NCBI GenBank assembly: GCA_965230295.1
Contig: OZ246001.1
Coordinates: 3,392,001-3,456,000, forward strand
Reading direction: 5' to 3'
DNA from: Marinicella sp.
GTDB lineage: Bacteria > Pseudomonadota > Gammaproteobacteria > Xanthomonadales > Marinicellaceae
DNA: 64,000 nt
The stretch's first letter is position 1; each line of letters starts with the position of its first letter. The position numbers and the translations under genes were made by a program. Shown here in pieces: positions 10,016 through 20,676 of this stretch. The notes under the pieces are model-generated. The model worked only from the letters and a program-made list of their open reading frames with translations. It had not been told where the DNA came from and did not search any database.

Positions 10016-11671
10016 TTATTCTCTGAGGTCTTTCCGCAGAATTTTACCCACATTGGTTTTGGGTAAATCGTCTCTGAACTCAACCAATTTGGGTACTTTG
10101 TAGCCAGTTAAATGGGCTCTGCAATGCTCAATCACATCCTGTTCAGTCATTTCGTCTGAGCTCTTGACCACAAAAAGTTTAACGATTTCACCTGATTTAT
10201 CATCTTGAATACCAATCGCCGCACATTCAATGATGTGATCATTCAAGCAAGCAGCATCTTCTATTTCATTGGGATAGACATTGAAACCGGAAACCAAGAT
10301 CATGTCTTTTTTGCGATCAACAATCTTGAAGTAACCTTTTTCATCCATGACGGCCACATCGCCGGTTTTAAGCCAGCCATCTACAATGGTTTTTTCAGTT
10401 TCTTCGGGCCTGTTCAAGTAACCCAACATCACTTGTGGGCCCCTGATACACAATTCGCCGGCTTCTCCGATGGGCAATGGATTGCCATCATCATCTTGGA
10501 TTTGGCAATCTGTCGATGGAATCGGTAAGCCAATGGTGCCATTGTATGCTTCCATGGGTACCTTATTTACACAGGCTGCGGGAGATGTTTCAGTCAATCC
10601 ATAGGCTTCAGCCAATGTCACCCCAGTCACTTGTTTCCAACGTGTGGCGGTGTCTTTCTGAACGGCCATGCCGCCACCCAAAGTGAATTTAAATGATGAA
10701 AAATCAATGTCGGCAAAACCAGGGGTGTTAAGCAGGCCATTGAATAATGTGTTGACCCCTGTCAAAACAGTGAATTTATGCTGAGAAAGTTCTTTAACAA
10801 ACCCCGGCATGTCTCTTGGGTTGGTGATCAAAATGTTCTTGGCACCATATTGACAAAAAGACAAACAATTGGCCGTCAATGCAAAGATGTGATACAGCGG
10901 CAATGCGGTGATCACAATTTCTTCGCCATAGGCTATTTCACTGGATATCCACAATGTGGTTTGTGTGACATTGGCCACCATGTTTTTGTTGGTCAGCATG
11001 GCACCTTTAGAAACGCCAGTTGTACCACCGGTGTATTGCAGGAATGCGATGTCATCCAACTGACGACTCACAGGGGTGTATGTCATTGAATTACCGGCTT
11101 TCAGTGCTGCTTTGAAGCTGATAGAACCTGGTAATTCAAAGGGCGGTACCATTTTTTTAACCCGTTTGATCATGAAGTCCATGATGGCGCCTTTCAAGCC
11201 ACCAATCATTTCACCAATGGTGGCGGTAATGACCTTTTCTACGCCGGTTTCAGACACCACTTCTGCCAGAGTACAAGCTGTGTTTTCGATCACAATGATG
11301 GCTTTGGCGCCTGAATCATTGAGTTGGTGCTTCAATTCACGTGGGGTATACAACGGGTTGACGTTGGTAACAACCATACCAGCACGTAAGATGGCCAATA
11401 CTGCAATTGGGTATTGCAATACATTGGGCATCATGATGGCAATGGCATCACCTGTTTTGAATTGACTTTGTAGGTATGCAGCCAATTGTTGGCTGTATTG
11501 GTCCAATTCACTGTAAGTAATGGCTTTACCAAAATTTACATAGGCATCACTGTCAGTGTATTTCTCACAGGCATCTATCATCATGTCTGCGACTGAATTG
11601 AATGGTAACTCACCGACTTCTGCAGGCACGCCTGGTTGGTATTCTTTGAGCCAAGGTCTTTCTATTGTCAT
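10016..11671 (-). CDS. fadD: Long-chain fatty acid-CoA ligase
   Basis: YTGGTTGVSKG, YGLTETSP and LPKTNVGKILR motifs. Confidence 0.9.
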   Translation of the reverse strand: MTIERPWLKEYQPGVPAEVGELPFNSVADMMIDACEKYTDSDAYVNFGKAITYSELDQYSQQLAAYLQSQFKTGDAIAIMMPNVLQYPIAVLAILRAGMVVTNVNPLYTPRELKHQLNDSGAKAIIVIENTACTLAEVVSETGVEKVITATIGEMIGGLKGAIMDFMIKRVKKMVPPFELPGSISFKAALKAGNSMTYTPVSRQLDDIAFLQYTGGTTGVSKGAMLTNKNMVANVTQTTLWISSEIAYGEEIVITALPLYHIFALTANCLSFCQYGAKNILITNPRDMPGFVKELSQHKFTVLTGVNTLFNGLLNTPGFADIDFSSFKFTLGGGMAVQKDTATRWKQVTGVTLAEAYGLTETSPAACVNKVPMEAYNGTIGLPIPSTDCQIQDDDGNPLPIGEAGELCIRGPQVMLGYLNRPEETEKTIVDGWLKTGDVAVMDEKGYFKIVDRKKDMILVSGFNVYPNEIEDAACLNDHIIECAAIGIQDDKSGEIVKLFVVKSSDEMTEQDVIEHCRAHLTGYKVPKLVEFRDDLPKTNVGKILRKDLRE

Positions 11672-11895
11672 AGCACCCCTTATTAATTATCAGATATTAA
11701 TGGTCAAGAGACATGTGTAATGGTTTCATTGGTGCACCATTTGACTTCAGTCCCCACTGAAATAAACATAAAAAATAGTTTAAATATCATCAACCTTGAG
11801 GATCTAATCAAGGTGTAATAATTGCTTATCATGATAAATGTTTTTATGACTTTTATCTACCAATTTGATAGACTTTAAACCCACCTTTAACAAAA

Positions 11896-13746
11896 ATGCA
11901 TATGGAATCTGAACTTTTGGTAAATACATTACAACCACATGCCTTGGGTGTTTTGATATTGACTTTGGTGGCTTTGATTCTGTTCGCCAATGACAGAATT
12001 CCACTGCAAACTTCCAGTTTGTTTGTGTTGTGTGCTTTGATTCTGGGGTTTCATGTCTACCCATACCAGCTCAGTGACGGCACCGTATTTCCGATCAAAA
12101 CATTCTTTTTAGGCTTTGGTAATGAAGCATTGATTGCTGTTTGTGCTTTGATGGTAGCTGGTCAAGCTTTGGTGCGTACTGGCGCCATGGAACCCATTGG
12201 TCGTTATTTAGCCAAAATTTGGAAGGTCAGCCCATCCTTGTCTTTGCTGTTAACACTGATCACAGGTGCTGTTCTCAGTGCCTTTGTTAACAACACGCCG
12301 ATTGTGGTGCTGTTGTTACCGGTATTGATCAGTGTGTCATTGCGAACTGGTCAATCATCAGCCGGAACCTTAATGCCGATGGGACTGGCAACGTTGTTGG
12401 GTGGTATGGCAACCACCATCGGTACATCCACAAATTTACTGGTGGTCAAGGTGGCTGAAGGGCTGGGTGTACCAGAGTTCAGTATGTTTGATTTCACTTT
12501 CCCGGTGGCAATCACTGGTGTGGTGGCCATTCTGTATTTGTGGCTGGTTGTTCCCAAGATTATTCCTGACCGCACACCGCCTTTGAAAGACACTTCACCC
12601 AGGGTTTTTTCCGCAGAAATCAAAGTCAACGATGGGGCTTTTGCAGATGGTAAGAACTTAGCAGAAATCAGGGATAAAGTGGATGGCAAGATATCGATCC
12701 AGCGCATTGTAAGGGGAGAGTCACTGTCGATTGCAACTTTACCTGATGTGGTGATAAAAGCCGGTGATCGTCTGATGGTTTCTGACACTGCCGATAACTT
12801 GCGTGAATATGAAATAGAATTGGGTGGTTCATTGTATACAGGTGAACACCAGGTGGATGAATCGCACCCATTGTCAGCTGGTGATCAATCGATTGCAGAG
12901 TTGGTGATTACTTCTGGCTCACTGTTAGATCGTGTCAGGGTTGGTGACTCAAGATTAAACAGTAAATATGGCTTGACCCTGTTGGCTGTGCATTCACAAG
13001 GAAAGGAAACCACTGCCACCACCAAAGGCATGGATGACTTGATTTTTAGGCCTGGGGATGTGTTGTTGGTTCAGGGTACGCACAATGCCATTCAAGAAGT
13101 TAAGCGAACAGGTTCATTGTTGGTTTTAGATGGTGGTGAAGAATTGCCACATACCAAAAAAGCACCTTTGGCACTGGCTGTTATGGCGGGAGTGGTTGGG
13201 TTGGCTGCATTTAATGTGGTGCCCATTTCTATCAGTGCGGTGATTGGCTGTTTTGTGTTGATTGCTACTGGATGCTTGCGTTGGCGTGATGCCACCCATG
13301 CATTAAGTGCACAAGTGATATTTATTATTGTTGCTTCATTGGCATTAGGGGCTGCTTTGATGGCCACCGGTGGCGCAGATTACTTGGCCAATTTGTTCGT
13401 GGTTTCTACATCTGGGTTCGCCCCTGGTGTGGTACTGGGTATTTTGATGTTCTCCATGGCCATCATGACCAACGTGATTTCAAACAACGCGGCTGCTGTG
13501 ATTGGTACACCCATTGCAGTCAGTATTGCTCAACGATTGGGCATGCCGGTTGAACCGTTTGTGTTGGCTGTGTTGTTCGGAGCAAACTTAAGTTATGCCA
13601 CACCGATGGCGTACCAAACAAATTTACTGGTTATGAATGCCGGAGGCTATAAGTTTGTGGATTTCGTTAAAGTGGGTGTTCCTTTGACCATCATAACCTG
13701 GGCCATGTTAACGGGTATGCTGACGTGGATTTACCAATTATATTAG
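11896..13746 (+). CDS. SLC13/CitMHS-type permease with two TrkA-C domains
   Basis: SAFVNNTP, GTSTNL, SNNAAA and TPMAYQTN motifs; central soluble domain. Confidence 0.85.
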   Translation: MHMESELLVNTLQPHALGVLILTLVALILFANDRIPLQTSSLFVLCALILGFHVYPYQLSDGTVFPIKTFFLGFGNEALIAVCALMVAGQALVRTGAMEPIGRYLAKIWKVSPSLSLLLTLITGAVLSAFVNNTPIVVLLLPVLISVSLRTGQSSAGTLMPMGLATLLGGMATTIGTSTNLLVVKVAEGLGVPEFSMFDFTFPVAITGVVAILYLWLVVPKIIPDRTPPLKDTSPRVFSAEIKVNDGAFADGKNLAEIRDKVDGKISIQRIVRGESLSIATLPDVVIKAGDRLMVSDTADNLREYEIELGGSLYTGEHQVDESHPLSAGDQSIAELVITSGSLLDRVRVGDSRLNSKYGLTLLAVHSQGKETTATTKGMDDLIFRPGDVLLVQGTHNAIQEVKRTGSLLVLDGGEELPHTKKAPLALAVMAGVVGLAAFNVVPISISAVIGCFVLIATGCLRWRDATHALSAQVIFIIVASLALGAALMATGGADYLANLFVVSTSGFAPGVVLGILMFSMAIMTNVISNNAAAVIGTPIAVSIAQRLGMPVEPFVLAVLFGANLSYATPMAYQTNLLVMNAGGYKFVDFVKVGVPLTIITWAMLTGMLTWIYQLY

Positions 13747-13793
13747 AATAGTAAAACGTACAATTATCTATATCAACAACAAAGAGGAAGACT

Positions 13794-15713
13794 ATGGGTG
13801 AACAAAACATATCAAGGGGTGGAGACAATGAAGCCAAGAGGTTGTTTACTCGTGCTGTATTGAATGACCTGCGGGCCCTTGAGTTAATGATTGAAAAAGG
13901 CTTGATTGAGTCAGGTGCTCGTCGAATTGGTGCGGAACAAGAAATGTTTATCACCAACAATGATTACAGCCCCAATTTAACTGCACTGAATATCCTTGAT
14001 GACATCAAAGATGATCGATTCACCAATGAAATAGCCCTGTTCAATATTGAAGCCAATTTAACACCCAGGCGCTTCCAGGCCAAATGCCTCAGTGAAATGG
14101 AAGAAGAAATCAAAGAGGTGGTTTCTATCGCTAAAAGACATGCCAAGGACCATGACTCTCGAATCATTTTAGCCGGTATCTTGCCGACGTTAAGACAACT
14201 TGACCTCACTATGGACAGCATCACGCCGGTAGACCGATACTATGAATTGAATGATCGATTGAAAGAAATTCGGGGTTCTGATTTCAGGATGGATATTCGT
14301 GGCGTTGATGAGTTGTCAGTGACCCATGATAATTTTTTGTTGGAAGCCATGAACACCAGTTTTCAGGTTCATTTTCAGGTCAGCGGCAATGAATTTGTTG
14401 ATATGTATAATTTATCTCAAGCGGTGACAGGACCTTTGATGGCAGTGGCAGTGAACTCCGGCTTGATTCATCACTATCGATTGTGGCATGAATCACGCAT
14501 TGCTGTTTTTCAAAACTCCATAGACACGCGCTCAACAACTCACCAGAAAAGGGGTACGCAACCGCGGGTTCATTTTGGTAATGAATGGATTGAAAGTATT
14601 GTGGATGTTTTCAGGGATGATATTTCAAGATTTTCCGTGGTACTGACTTCTGAGTTTGAAGAAGACCCTGTGGGTATGGTGAATGCTGGAATCATGCCCA
14701 AATTGAAAGCATTGATGTTGCATAATGGGACCGTATACCGATGGAACCGACCTTGTTATGGGGTTAAGGACAACATCCCACATTTACGTATTGAAAACAG
14801 GGTTTTGCCTTCAGGTCCTTCAATGATTGATGAAGTGGCCAATTCAGCGTTTTATTTTGGGTTAATGTCTGGCATGAGTCAAAAAATTCCAGACATCACC
14901 AAAGCACTGCGGTTTTCTAATGCCCGCAATAACTTTTTACAAGCGTGCCGCACAGGACTCGAATGCCATTTTAACTGGATCGATGGAGAAAGCATCTCTG
15001 CCACCAGGCTGATCAAAGAAGAGTTGTTACCCATAGCAGAATCTGGTTTGAAGTCAGCAGGTATTGATGCCGGTGACATTGAACGGTATTTAGGCACCAT
15101 TGAAAAACGGGTTGATAGCAAGCAAACTGGTGCCAGGTGGGCCATCAAGTCCATCACTGAAATGGACGAAGAGATCCACCCGGATGAAAAAGTCAGGTCG
15201 GTGGTTGCTGAAATGCACCACCAGCAAAAAACAGACAACCCGATCCATGAGTGGCCTTTGGCATCGGCTGAAAGGCGTACTGACTGGCGAGCCGGATTCA
15301 TGTTAGTGGGGCAATTCATGACCACCAAGTTGTTAACAGTTAGACCTGATGATTCTATGGATCTTGCGGCCAGCATCATGGATTGGAAACGGGTCAGACA
15401 TGTGCCCGTTGAAAACGACGAAGGTGAATTGGTTGGCCTGGTTTCACACCGGTCTATCATCAAGAAAATTGTCGACGGAGATGATCATGAAGCCACAGCC
15501 ATCAGTGAAATCATGAATGATCAACTCATTTTTGCACACCCAAAAACAACTACAGTTGAAGCCATACAAATCATGCGTGAGCAGCGGGTCAGTTGTTTGC
15601 CAGTGGTTGAAAATGGTAAATTGGTTGGAGTCATCACTGAATATGATTTGATCAAAGTTGCCAGCCATGTGTTGGAAGCTGACTTAAAAGCCTATAAGGA
15701 CAAATTAGAATAA
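13794..15713 (+). CDS. Glutamate-cysteine ligase (GCS2)-family protein fused to a CBS pair
   Basis: GAEQEM, NTSFQVH, WNRP and HLRIENRVLP motifs; C-terminal CBS domains (VRHVPV, VSCLPVV). Confidence 0.8.
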   Translation: MGEQNISRGGDNEAKRLFTRAVLNDLRALELMIEKGLIESGARRIGAEQEMFITNNDYSPNLTALNILDDIKDDRFTNEIALFNIEANLTPRRFQAKCLSEMEEEIKEVVSIAKRHAKDHDSRIILAGILPTLRQLDLTMDSITPVDRYYELNDRLKEIRGSDFRMDIRGVDELSVTHDNFLLEAMNTSFQVHFQVSGNEFVDMYNLSQAVTGPLMAVAVNSGLIHHYRLWHESRIAVFQNSIDTRSTTHQKRGTQPRVHFGNEWIESIVDVFRDDISRFSVVLTSEFEEDPVGMVNAGIMPKLKALMLHNGTVYRWNRPCYGVKDNIPHLRIENRVLPSGPSMIDEVANSAFYFGLMSGMSQKIPDITKALRFSNARNNFLQACRTGLECHFNWIDGESISATRLIKEELLPIAESGLKSAGIDAGDIERYLGTIEKRVDSKQTGARWAIKSITEMDEEIHPDEKVRSVVAEMHHQQKTDNPIHEWPLASAERRTDWRAGFMLVGQFMTTKLLTVRPDDSMDLAASIMDWKRVRHVPVENDEGELVGLVSHRSIIKKIVDGDDHEATAISEIMNDQLIFAHPKTTTVEAIQIMREQRVSCLPVVENGKLVGVITEYDLIKVASHVLEADLKAYKDKLE

Positions 15714-15938
15714 CAAGATAAGTCACAGGCCTGGCTTTACAACCCTTGATTTGCTCCAGTTAACTGAACCACATGTGAATGAATGGTATTAATTACCCCG
15801 TTTTTTGAATAGCTGGTGATAAGCTGTTTATAAGAATGGTCGAAAATCTTTGGTAATTGATTTAGAATATTGCCTACAAACTCGTACAAAATGAAACATT
15901 AAAACCCACCCCTATCAGTAAAACCTTCGAAATCACCT

Positions 15939-18900
15939 ATGAAATTTATTATCTTTTCAGCCACTGTGCTGCTATCAACCACATCAATATCAAGCTCATT
16001 TGAGGTGATTAAGCATTCTGTTCATGCCAATGATGAGTTAAACAAAAGCTCTGAAAGAAAAACACTGGTTCTCAATGCCGGTGAATTTGACCCTTTGTAT
16101 GAGCAGTTAATTCACCGATCCTTGGTAGAAAAAAGTGACAGACAAAGCCCATATGGCTTGGTGCAAATTCATGCCAATGATTCACAAGGATTGGCGAATA
16201 TTGAATCTATGGGCGCACAAGTTTTGGGTTATTTACCGCATGACACCTATTTAGTTAAGTGGGGTGCAGTTGAAAGGAATCAAATCATGTCATCAGACAT
16301 GTTTCGTTACACAGGTGATTACAGCAACGCCTATAAGTTCAATGCCGGCTTATGGAGTCAAGCCAAATCACTGGGAATTAATGATGCTCCCCAGGCTGTG
16401 ACCATCGATTTGTTTGGCTTTCCGGGTGTGCCTGTTTCAAGAATAGAACAAACTCTAATGAAAGTCATGGCGGATGCTGTTATTGAATCCAGTCGGGACC
16501 TCAATAACATGCCATATGTGAAACTAACTTTGCAAGGGGATGTGGCCTCTAATATCCTACAGCTGGCTAACACGGTTGATGTCATGTGGATGACTATGCA
16601 TGTTCAGGATAAGATTTTGAATATCGATTCAGTTGGACCCATTCAATCTAACAACCCGGAAATTACCCAAGCCACCATTTGGGACAAAGGACTGATTGGT
16701 ACAGGTCAGGTTGTAGCTGTTGTTGACAGTGGGTTAGACAGAAACCAAGATTTTTTCTCACAATACGACACCGGTTCTGGAGCGGTGACTAAAAAGTACA
16801 CAGACGCCAGCAGCCCTCCAGTAGGGGAGGTGGGAACGATCAATGCCGATCATAAGGTGATTGCTTATTATGTTCAGCCAGGTGCATCTGCTTATGATGA
16901 CGATTCCCAATGTGGCGAAGATGGTACACCCTCTGGATTTCACGGGACACATGTCACAGGAACTGTTGCCGGGGATGCCGGAACTCCTGCCAATTCAAGT
17001 GCTGCTAATTATGATGAAGGCGATGGTATGGCACCGCATGCACAAATTCTCTTTCAAGACATTGGCAACACCCAGTCCGGTTGCTTAACAGCTGGAAGTA
17101 CTCGCTATGAAATGCACCTGCAAGCAGCAAAATCAGGGGCCTCAATTTCATCCAACAGTTATGGCGGAGATGCTGAAAACAGTTCAAGTGAAGGTTACTT
17201 TTTTGGTGATTATCAAGTAGATTTAGCCAGTTATGAATTAGAAGACCTGTTGATTGTTGTGTCGGCTGGGAACAGCGGTATAAGGGCCCTATCACATCCT
17301 GGACATGCAAAAAACGCGGTAACTGTGGGTGCTTTGGGTCATGGTGATTCAACCACGGCAGCATCATTTTCATCGCGAGGGTTTGCCTTTGATGACCGCG
17401 TAAAACCTGATGTGATGGCACCTGGTGTTGGTATCTTTTCTGCCGAAGGTAATTTAGACAATTCAGTACCGCCTGCCGGAGTCAACAATGGTATTACGCC
17501 TAAGAATGGAACGTCTATGGCGACTCCGACTGTTTCAGGAGGCCTGGCGTTGATGCGACAGTATTTCACAGATGGCTTTTATCCGTCAGGAGCTAAAAAC
17601 AATGACGATCAGCTTGAACCCTCAGGTTCACTGCTAAAATCCACCTTACTGAACGGCACCTTACTGAACAGCCGAGCCCCATCAGTGGATCAAGGCTGGG
17701 GTCGTATATTCTTGGACAATAACTTGTATTTTGCTGGAGACTCAAAAGCATTGCGAGTTTGGGATTTACCGAATGCGGATGGTTTGAGCACTGGTGAATC
17801 ATTCAGCTTTGAAGTCAATGTACCTGCAGGTGAAGCATTCAGGGCCACGTTGACTTGGTTTGATCCTCCACCGTTGGTCCAATCTGGAAAAGCTTTGGTC
17901 AACGATTTAGATTTAGAAGTCAGGTTCAATGGAAAAGTTTACATGGGTAATGATTTGTTTGGCAGCGTATCCCAAGAGGGAGGATCGGCTGATACCCTTA
18001 ACAATGTGGAACAATTTCATTTGCCGAACCCTGAACCTGGCATTTATGAAGTTGTTGTGAAAGGGTCTCAAGTGAATGGTACGAGTGCAGGGTCTCAGAC
18101 TCAGAAACAAGGTTTTGCCTTGGTGACATCTCAAGGCCAATGCAGTTCCCAAGTCGGTGCGGCACCACAAATCACATTAACCGAATCCAGTGAGTTACGG
18201 CCTGTGGTTAACATTGATCCATTAAGCAATGTGACAGATTACCAAATTTATAAAAAACCAGGTGGTTGTGATGTCCCTAACTCAAAATTCAGATTCATCG
18301 GTCAAGCCAGCGGATCTGCAGGGGACATTTCATTCACTGATTTCAACACACTCCCAAACGAGATTTATGGCTATGCAGTCAAAGCCGTGGATGCCTGTGG
18401 TGAAGGTCAATTCAGCAGTTGTCTAGAAATTCAATCGAACGCTCAGTGTTCATTGAAACCAGCATTCAACACCAGTTCTTTGAATGTGAAATCTACCGGG
18501 TATGAAGGCTGTTCAGTTAATTTGGCATGGGAAGCTGGTCAAAATCAATGCCAGGCCGGAAGTGCTGTGAAATACAATATTTACCGTTCGTTGCAAGCAG
18601 ATTTCCAACAAAGTGACAACAACAGGATTGCACAAGGCGTCTCTCGTTTGGATTATAACGATCACACGGTTGAAAACAATCAGACCTATTACTACAAAGT
18701 GACTGCGGTAGATGACATTGGCAACGAATCTTTTCAGGTGAGTAGTTTAAGCGTTTTTACCACAGGTGATGATTTTTCATCTACAGGTACCTATGTTGAT
18801 GATCCTGATTCAACCACTTTTGCTACGCTACGAAATCCATGGAGAATTACCAGTTTCCGCAGTACTACAGGAAGCCAAAGTTTTCATAATGCCGAAGATG

Positions 18901-20105
18901 GCAAAAGATATTTGCCTAATACCTGCGCATACATGACGTTACCAGAAATTGAAATTCAAGCAGGTCAATCGACTTTGACTTATGATGCTGCCTACAACGT
19001 AGAAGAGTATTGGGACGGTGTGGTGGTCCAAATATCGACCAATGGTGGTGAAACCTGGTCAGACTTGCCTCCTGATGGCGGTTACCCTTCTGATTTCAGG
19101 GATACAGCACCACAAGGCACCCCAATCAATGCCTGTGGTTTTCCAGCTACCCAAGGTGCCTTCAATGGAGCACAAAACACGTTTGCTCCATTCACGACTG
19201 ATTTATCTGCCTATGCAGGTGAATCAGTGATCATTCGGTGGGGGTTTTCATCTGATGAAGCTTCTGAAGAACCTGGCTTTTATCTGGACAACATTCAGAT
19301 AGGCAATGCCAGTGCGCCAGGTGTGTGCGAGGTCAAAACGATCACCAAAGACACCGCCGGACCCTGGTTTAACCCTGATCAATCTGGTCATGGTTTTTTC
19401 CTTGAAATTTCTGATGGTGGAACTGGTAACCCAGAGCGTATTACTGGTTATTGGTATGCCTATTTAGATGGAGAGCCCAGGTGGTTGTTAGGCACAGGAC
19501 TGACCAATGGCAACAGCGCAACCATTGATATGTTGGTCACATCAGGTGGGATATCGCCCCCTAATTTTGATCCAAGTGCTATAGAAGTCACCCCATGGGG
19601 GGACTTGACCTTTGACTTCAGTAGCCCAACTGAAGGCCTTATCACTTGGAGCAGCAGCATCCCCGGCTTTGGTTCTGGAAGCATGCCTATCGCCAAATTG
19701 GCAAACATCAGTGATTCGCCGAAAGCTTGCCTGAGCGGCTCTTACAGTGATCCTGCGCAACCAGGACACGGTTATGTGATTGAAGTCATTGGTGCTACCG
19801 GTGCCGAATCGGTGTTGATGACCTGGTACAGTTATGACAATGATGGCAATCAAATTTGGTTGATTGGTTCCGGTGCATTGAACGGTACATCAGCCACTAT
19901 ACCAGTCAGTGTGTTCAGTGGTGCCGACTTTCCGCCACAATTTGATCCCAATGATGTCATGGGTCAGCAGTGGGGTGTACTGGAGCTTGATTTCAGTGTA
20001 TTGAATTCATTGGGTGTGTCTTGGCAAGCTGATTTACCAGGGTACTCTGATGGTCAAGTCACCGCTGCAAAATTAACAGAATTGAAAGGCAGATCCTGTT
20101 TCTGA
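15939..20105 (+). CDS. Secreted multidomain S8 subtilase (Kp43-like)
   Basis: Catalytic triad VVDSG / HGTHVTGT / GTSMATP; signal peptide; PPC-like, FN3-like and jelly-roll modules; two C-terminal repeats. Confidence 0.92.
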   Translation: MKFIIFSATVLLSTTSISSSFEVIKHSVHANDELNKSSERKTLVLNAGEFDPLYEQLIHRSLVEKSDRQSPYGLVQIHANDSQGLANIESMGAQVLGYLPHDTYLVKWGAVERNQIMSSDMFRYTGDYSNAYKFNAGLWSQAKSLGINDAPQAVTIDLFGFPGVPVSRIEQTLMKVMADAVIESSRDLNNMPYVKLTLQGDVASNILQLANTVDVMWMTMHVQDKILNIDSVGPIQSNNPEITQATIWDKGLIGTGQVVAVVDSGLDRNQDFFSQYDTGSGAVTKKYTDASSPPVGEVGTINADHKVIAYYVQPGASAYDDDSQCGEDGTPSGFHGTHVTGTVAGDAGTPANSSAANYDEGDGMAPHAQILFQDIGNTQSGCLTAGSTRYEMHLQAAKSGASISSNSYGGDAENSSSEGYFFGDYQVDLASYELEDLLIVVSAGNSGIRALSHPGHAKNAVTVGALGHGDSTTAASFSSRGFAFDDRVKPDVMAPGVGIFSAEGNLDNSVPPAGVNNGITPKNGTSMATPTVSGGLALMRQYFTDGFYPSGAKNNDDQLEPSGSLLKSTLLNGTLLNSRAPSVDQGWGRIFLDNNLYFAGDSKALRVWDLPNADGLSTGESFSFEVNVPAGEAFRATLTWFDPPPLVQSGKALVNDLDLEVRFNGKVYMGNDLFGSVSQEGGSADTLNNVEQFHLPNPEPGIYEVVVKGSQVNGTSAGSQTQKQGFALVTSQGQCSSQVGAAPQITLTESSELRPVVNIDPLSNVTDYQIYKKPGGCDVPNSKFRFIGQASGSAGDISFTDFNTLPNEIYGYAVKAVDACGEGQFSSCLEIQSNAQCSLKPAFNTSSLNVKSTGYEGCSVNLAWEAGQNQCQAGSAVKYNIYRSLQADFQQSDNNRIAQGVSRLDYNDHTVENNQTYYYKVTAVDDIGNESFQVSSLSVFTTGDDFSSTGTYVDDPDSTTFATLRNPWRITSFRSTTGSQSFHNAEDGKRYLPNTCAYMTLPEIEIQAGQSTLTYDAAYNVEEYWDGVVVQISTNGGETWSDLPPDGGYPSDFRDTAPQGTPINACGFPATQGAFNGAQNTFAPFTTDLSAYAGESVIIRWGFSSDEASEEPGFYLDNIQIGNASAPGVCEVKTITKDTAGPWFNPDQSGHGFFLEISDGGTGNPERITGYWYAYLDGEPRWLLGTGLTNGNSATIDMLVTSGGISPPNFDPSAIEVTPWGDLTFDFSSPTEGLITWSSSIPGFGSGSMPIAKLANISDSPKACLSGSYSDPAQPGHGYVIEVIGATGAESVLMTWYSYDNDGNQIWLIGSGALNGTSATIPVSVFSGADFPPQFDPNDVMGQQWGVLELDFSVLNSLGVSWQADLPGYSDGQVTAAKLTELKGRSCF

Positions 20106-20150
20106 TTCAAAGCAATCAATCAAAGACTGTTGCAAGAAATTATTCATGCA

Positions 20151-20618
20151 TCAGTCTTTTTTTGTGTATTCCATGTAATAATCACTGCGTTGGTATTCAG
20201 AATCAAACGGGTAGGGTAATTTTACAAAGCCAAACCGTTCATACAATTTGATCGCTGGCTGTAGCGAGGAATGAGTTTCCAGGTATAGTTTTTTACCATT
20301 CAGCTTTTTAAATTCCTCAATACAAGAATGCATCAGAACAGCGCCAATACCGCGGGCTTGAAAATCTCTTGTGACGGCCATTTTTGCCAACTCAATTTCG
20401 CCTGCACCATGGTGCTTAAGTGCCACACAACCCACCACTTGCTCACCGATGTTGGCATAAATGATTTGTCCGCCCTGGACAACGATTTCATCCGGGTGTG
20501 ACAACATGTATTCATCTATGGGTTCAATGGCAAAATATTTCTTTAGCCACTCTTCATTAAGTCTTTTGAAATGAGGGCCTAATTGGCTGTTGTGAGTCTG
20601 CGTGGTTACTTCTTGCAC
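20151..20618 (-). CDS. GNAT N-acetyltransferase
   Basis: ELAKMAV, QARGIG and AIKLYERFGF motifs. Confidence 0.88.
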   Translation of the reverse strand: MQEVTTQTHNSQLGPHFKRLNEEWLKKYFAIEPIDEYMLSHPDEIVVQGGQIIYANIGEQVVGCVALKHHGAGEIELAKMAVTRDFQARGIGAVLMHSCIEEFKKLNGKKLYLETHSSLQPAIKLYERFGFVKLPYPFDSEYQRSDYYMEYTKKD

Positions 20619-20676
20619 TGAATTTTCTGTTTAGATTTGATGTATAATTATTCATTTTAAATGATGGACGGTCAAT

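Noticed and set aside
11826-11837. Palindrome TTATCATGATAA between fadD and the SLC13 gene as a Fur or Zur box
   Set aside because: Spacing fits neither box; single AT-rich occurrence.
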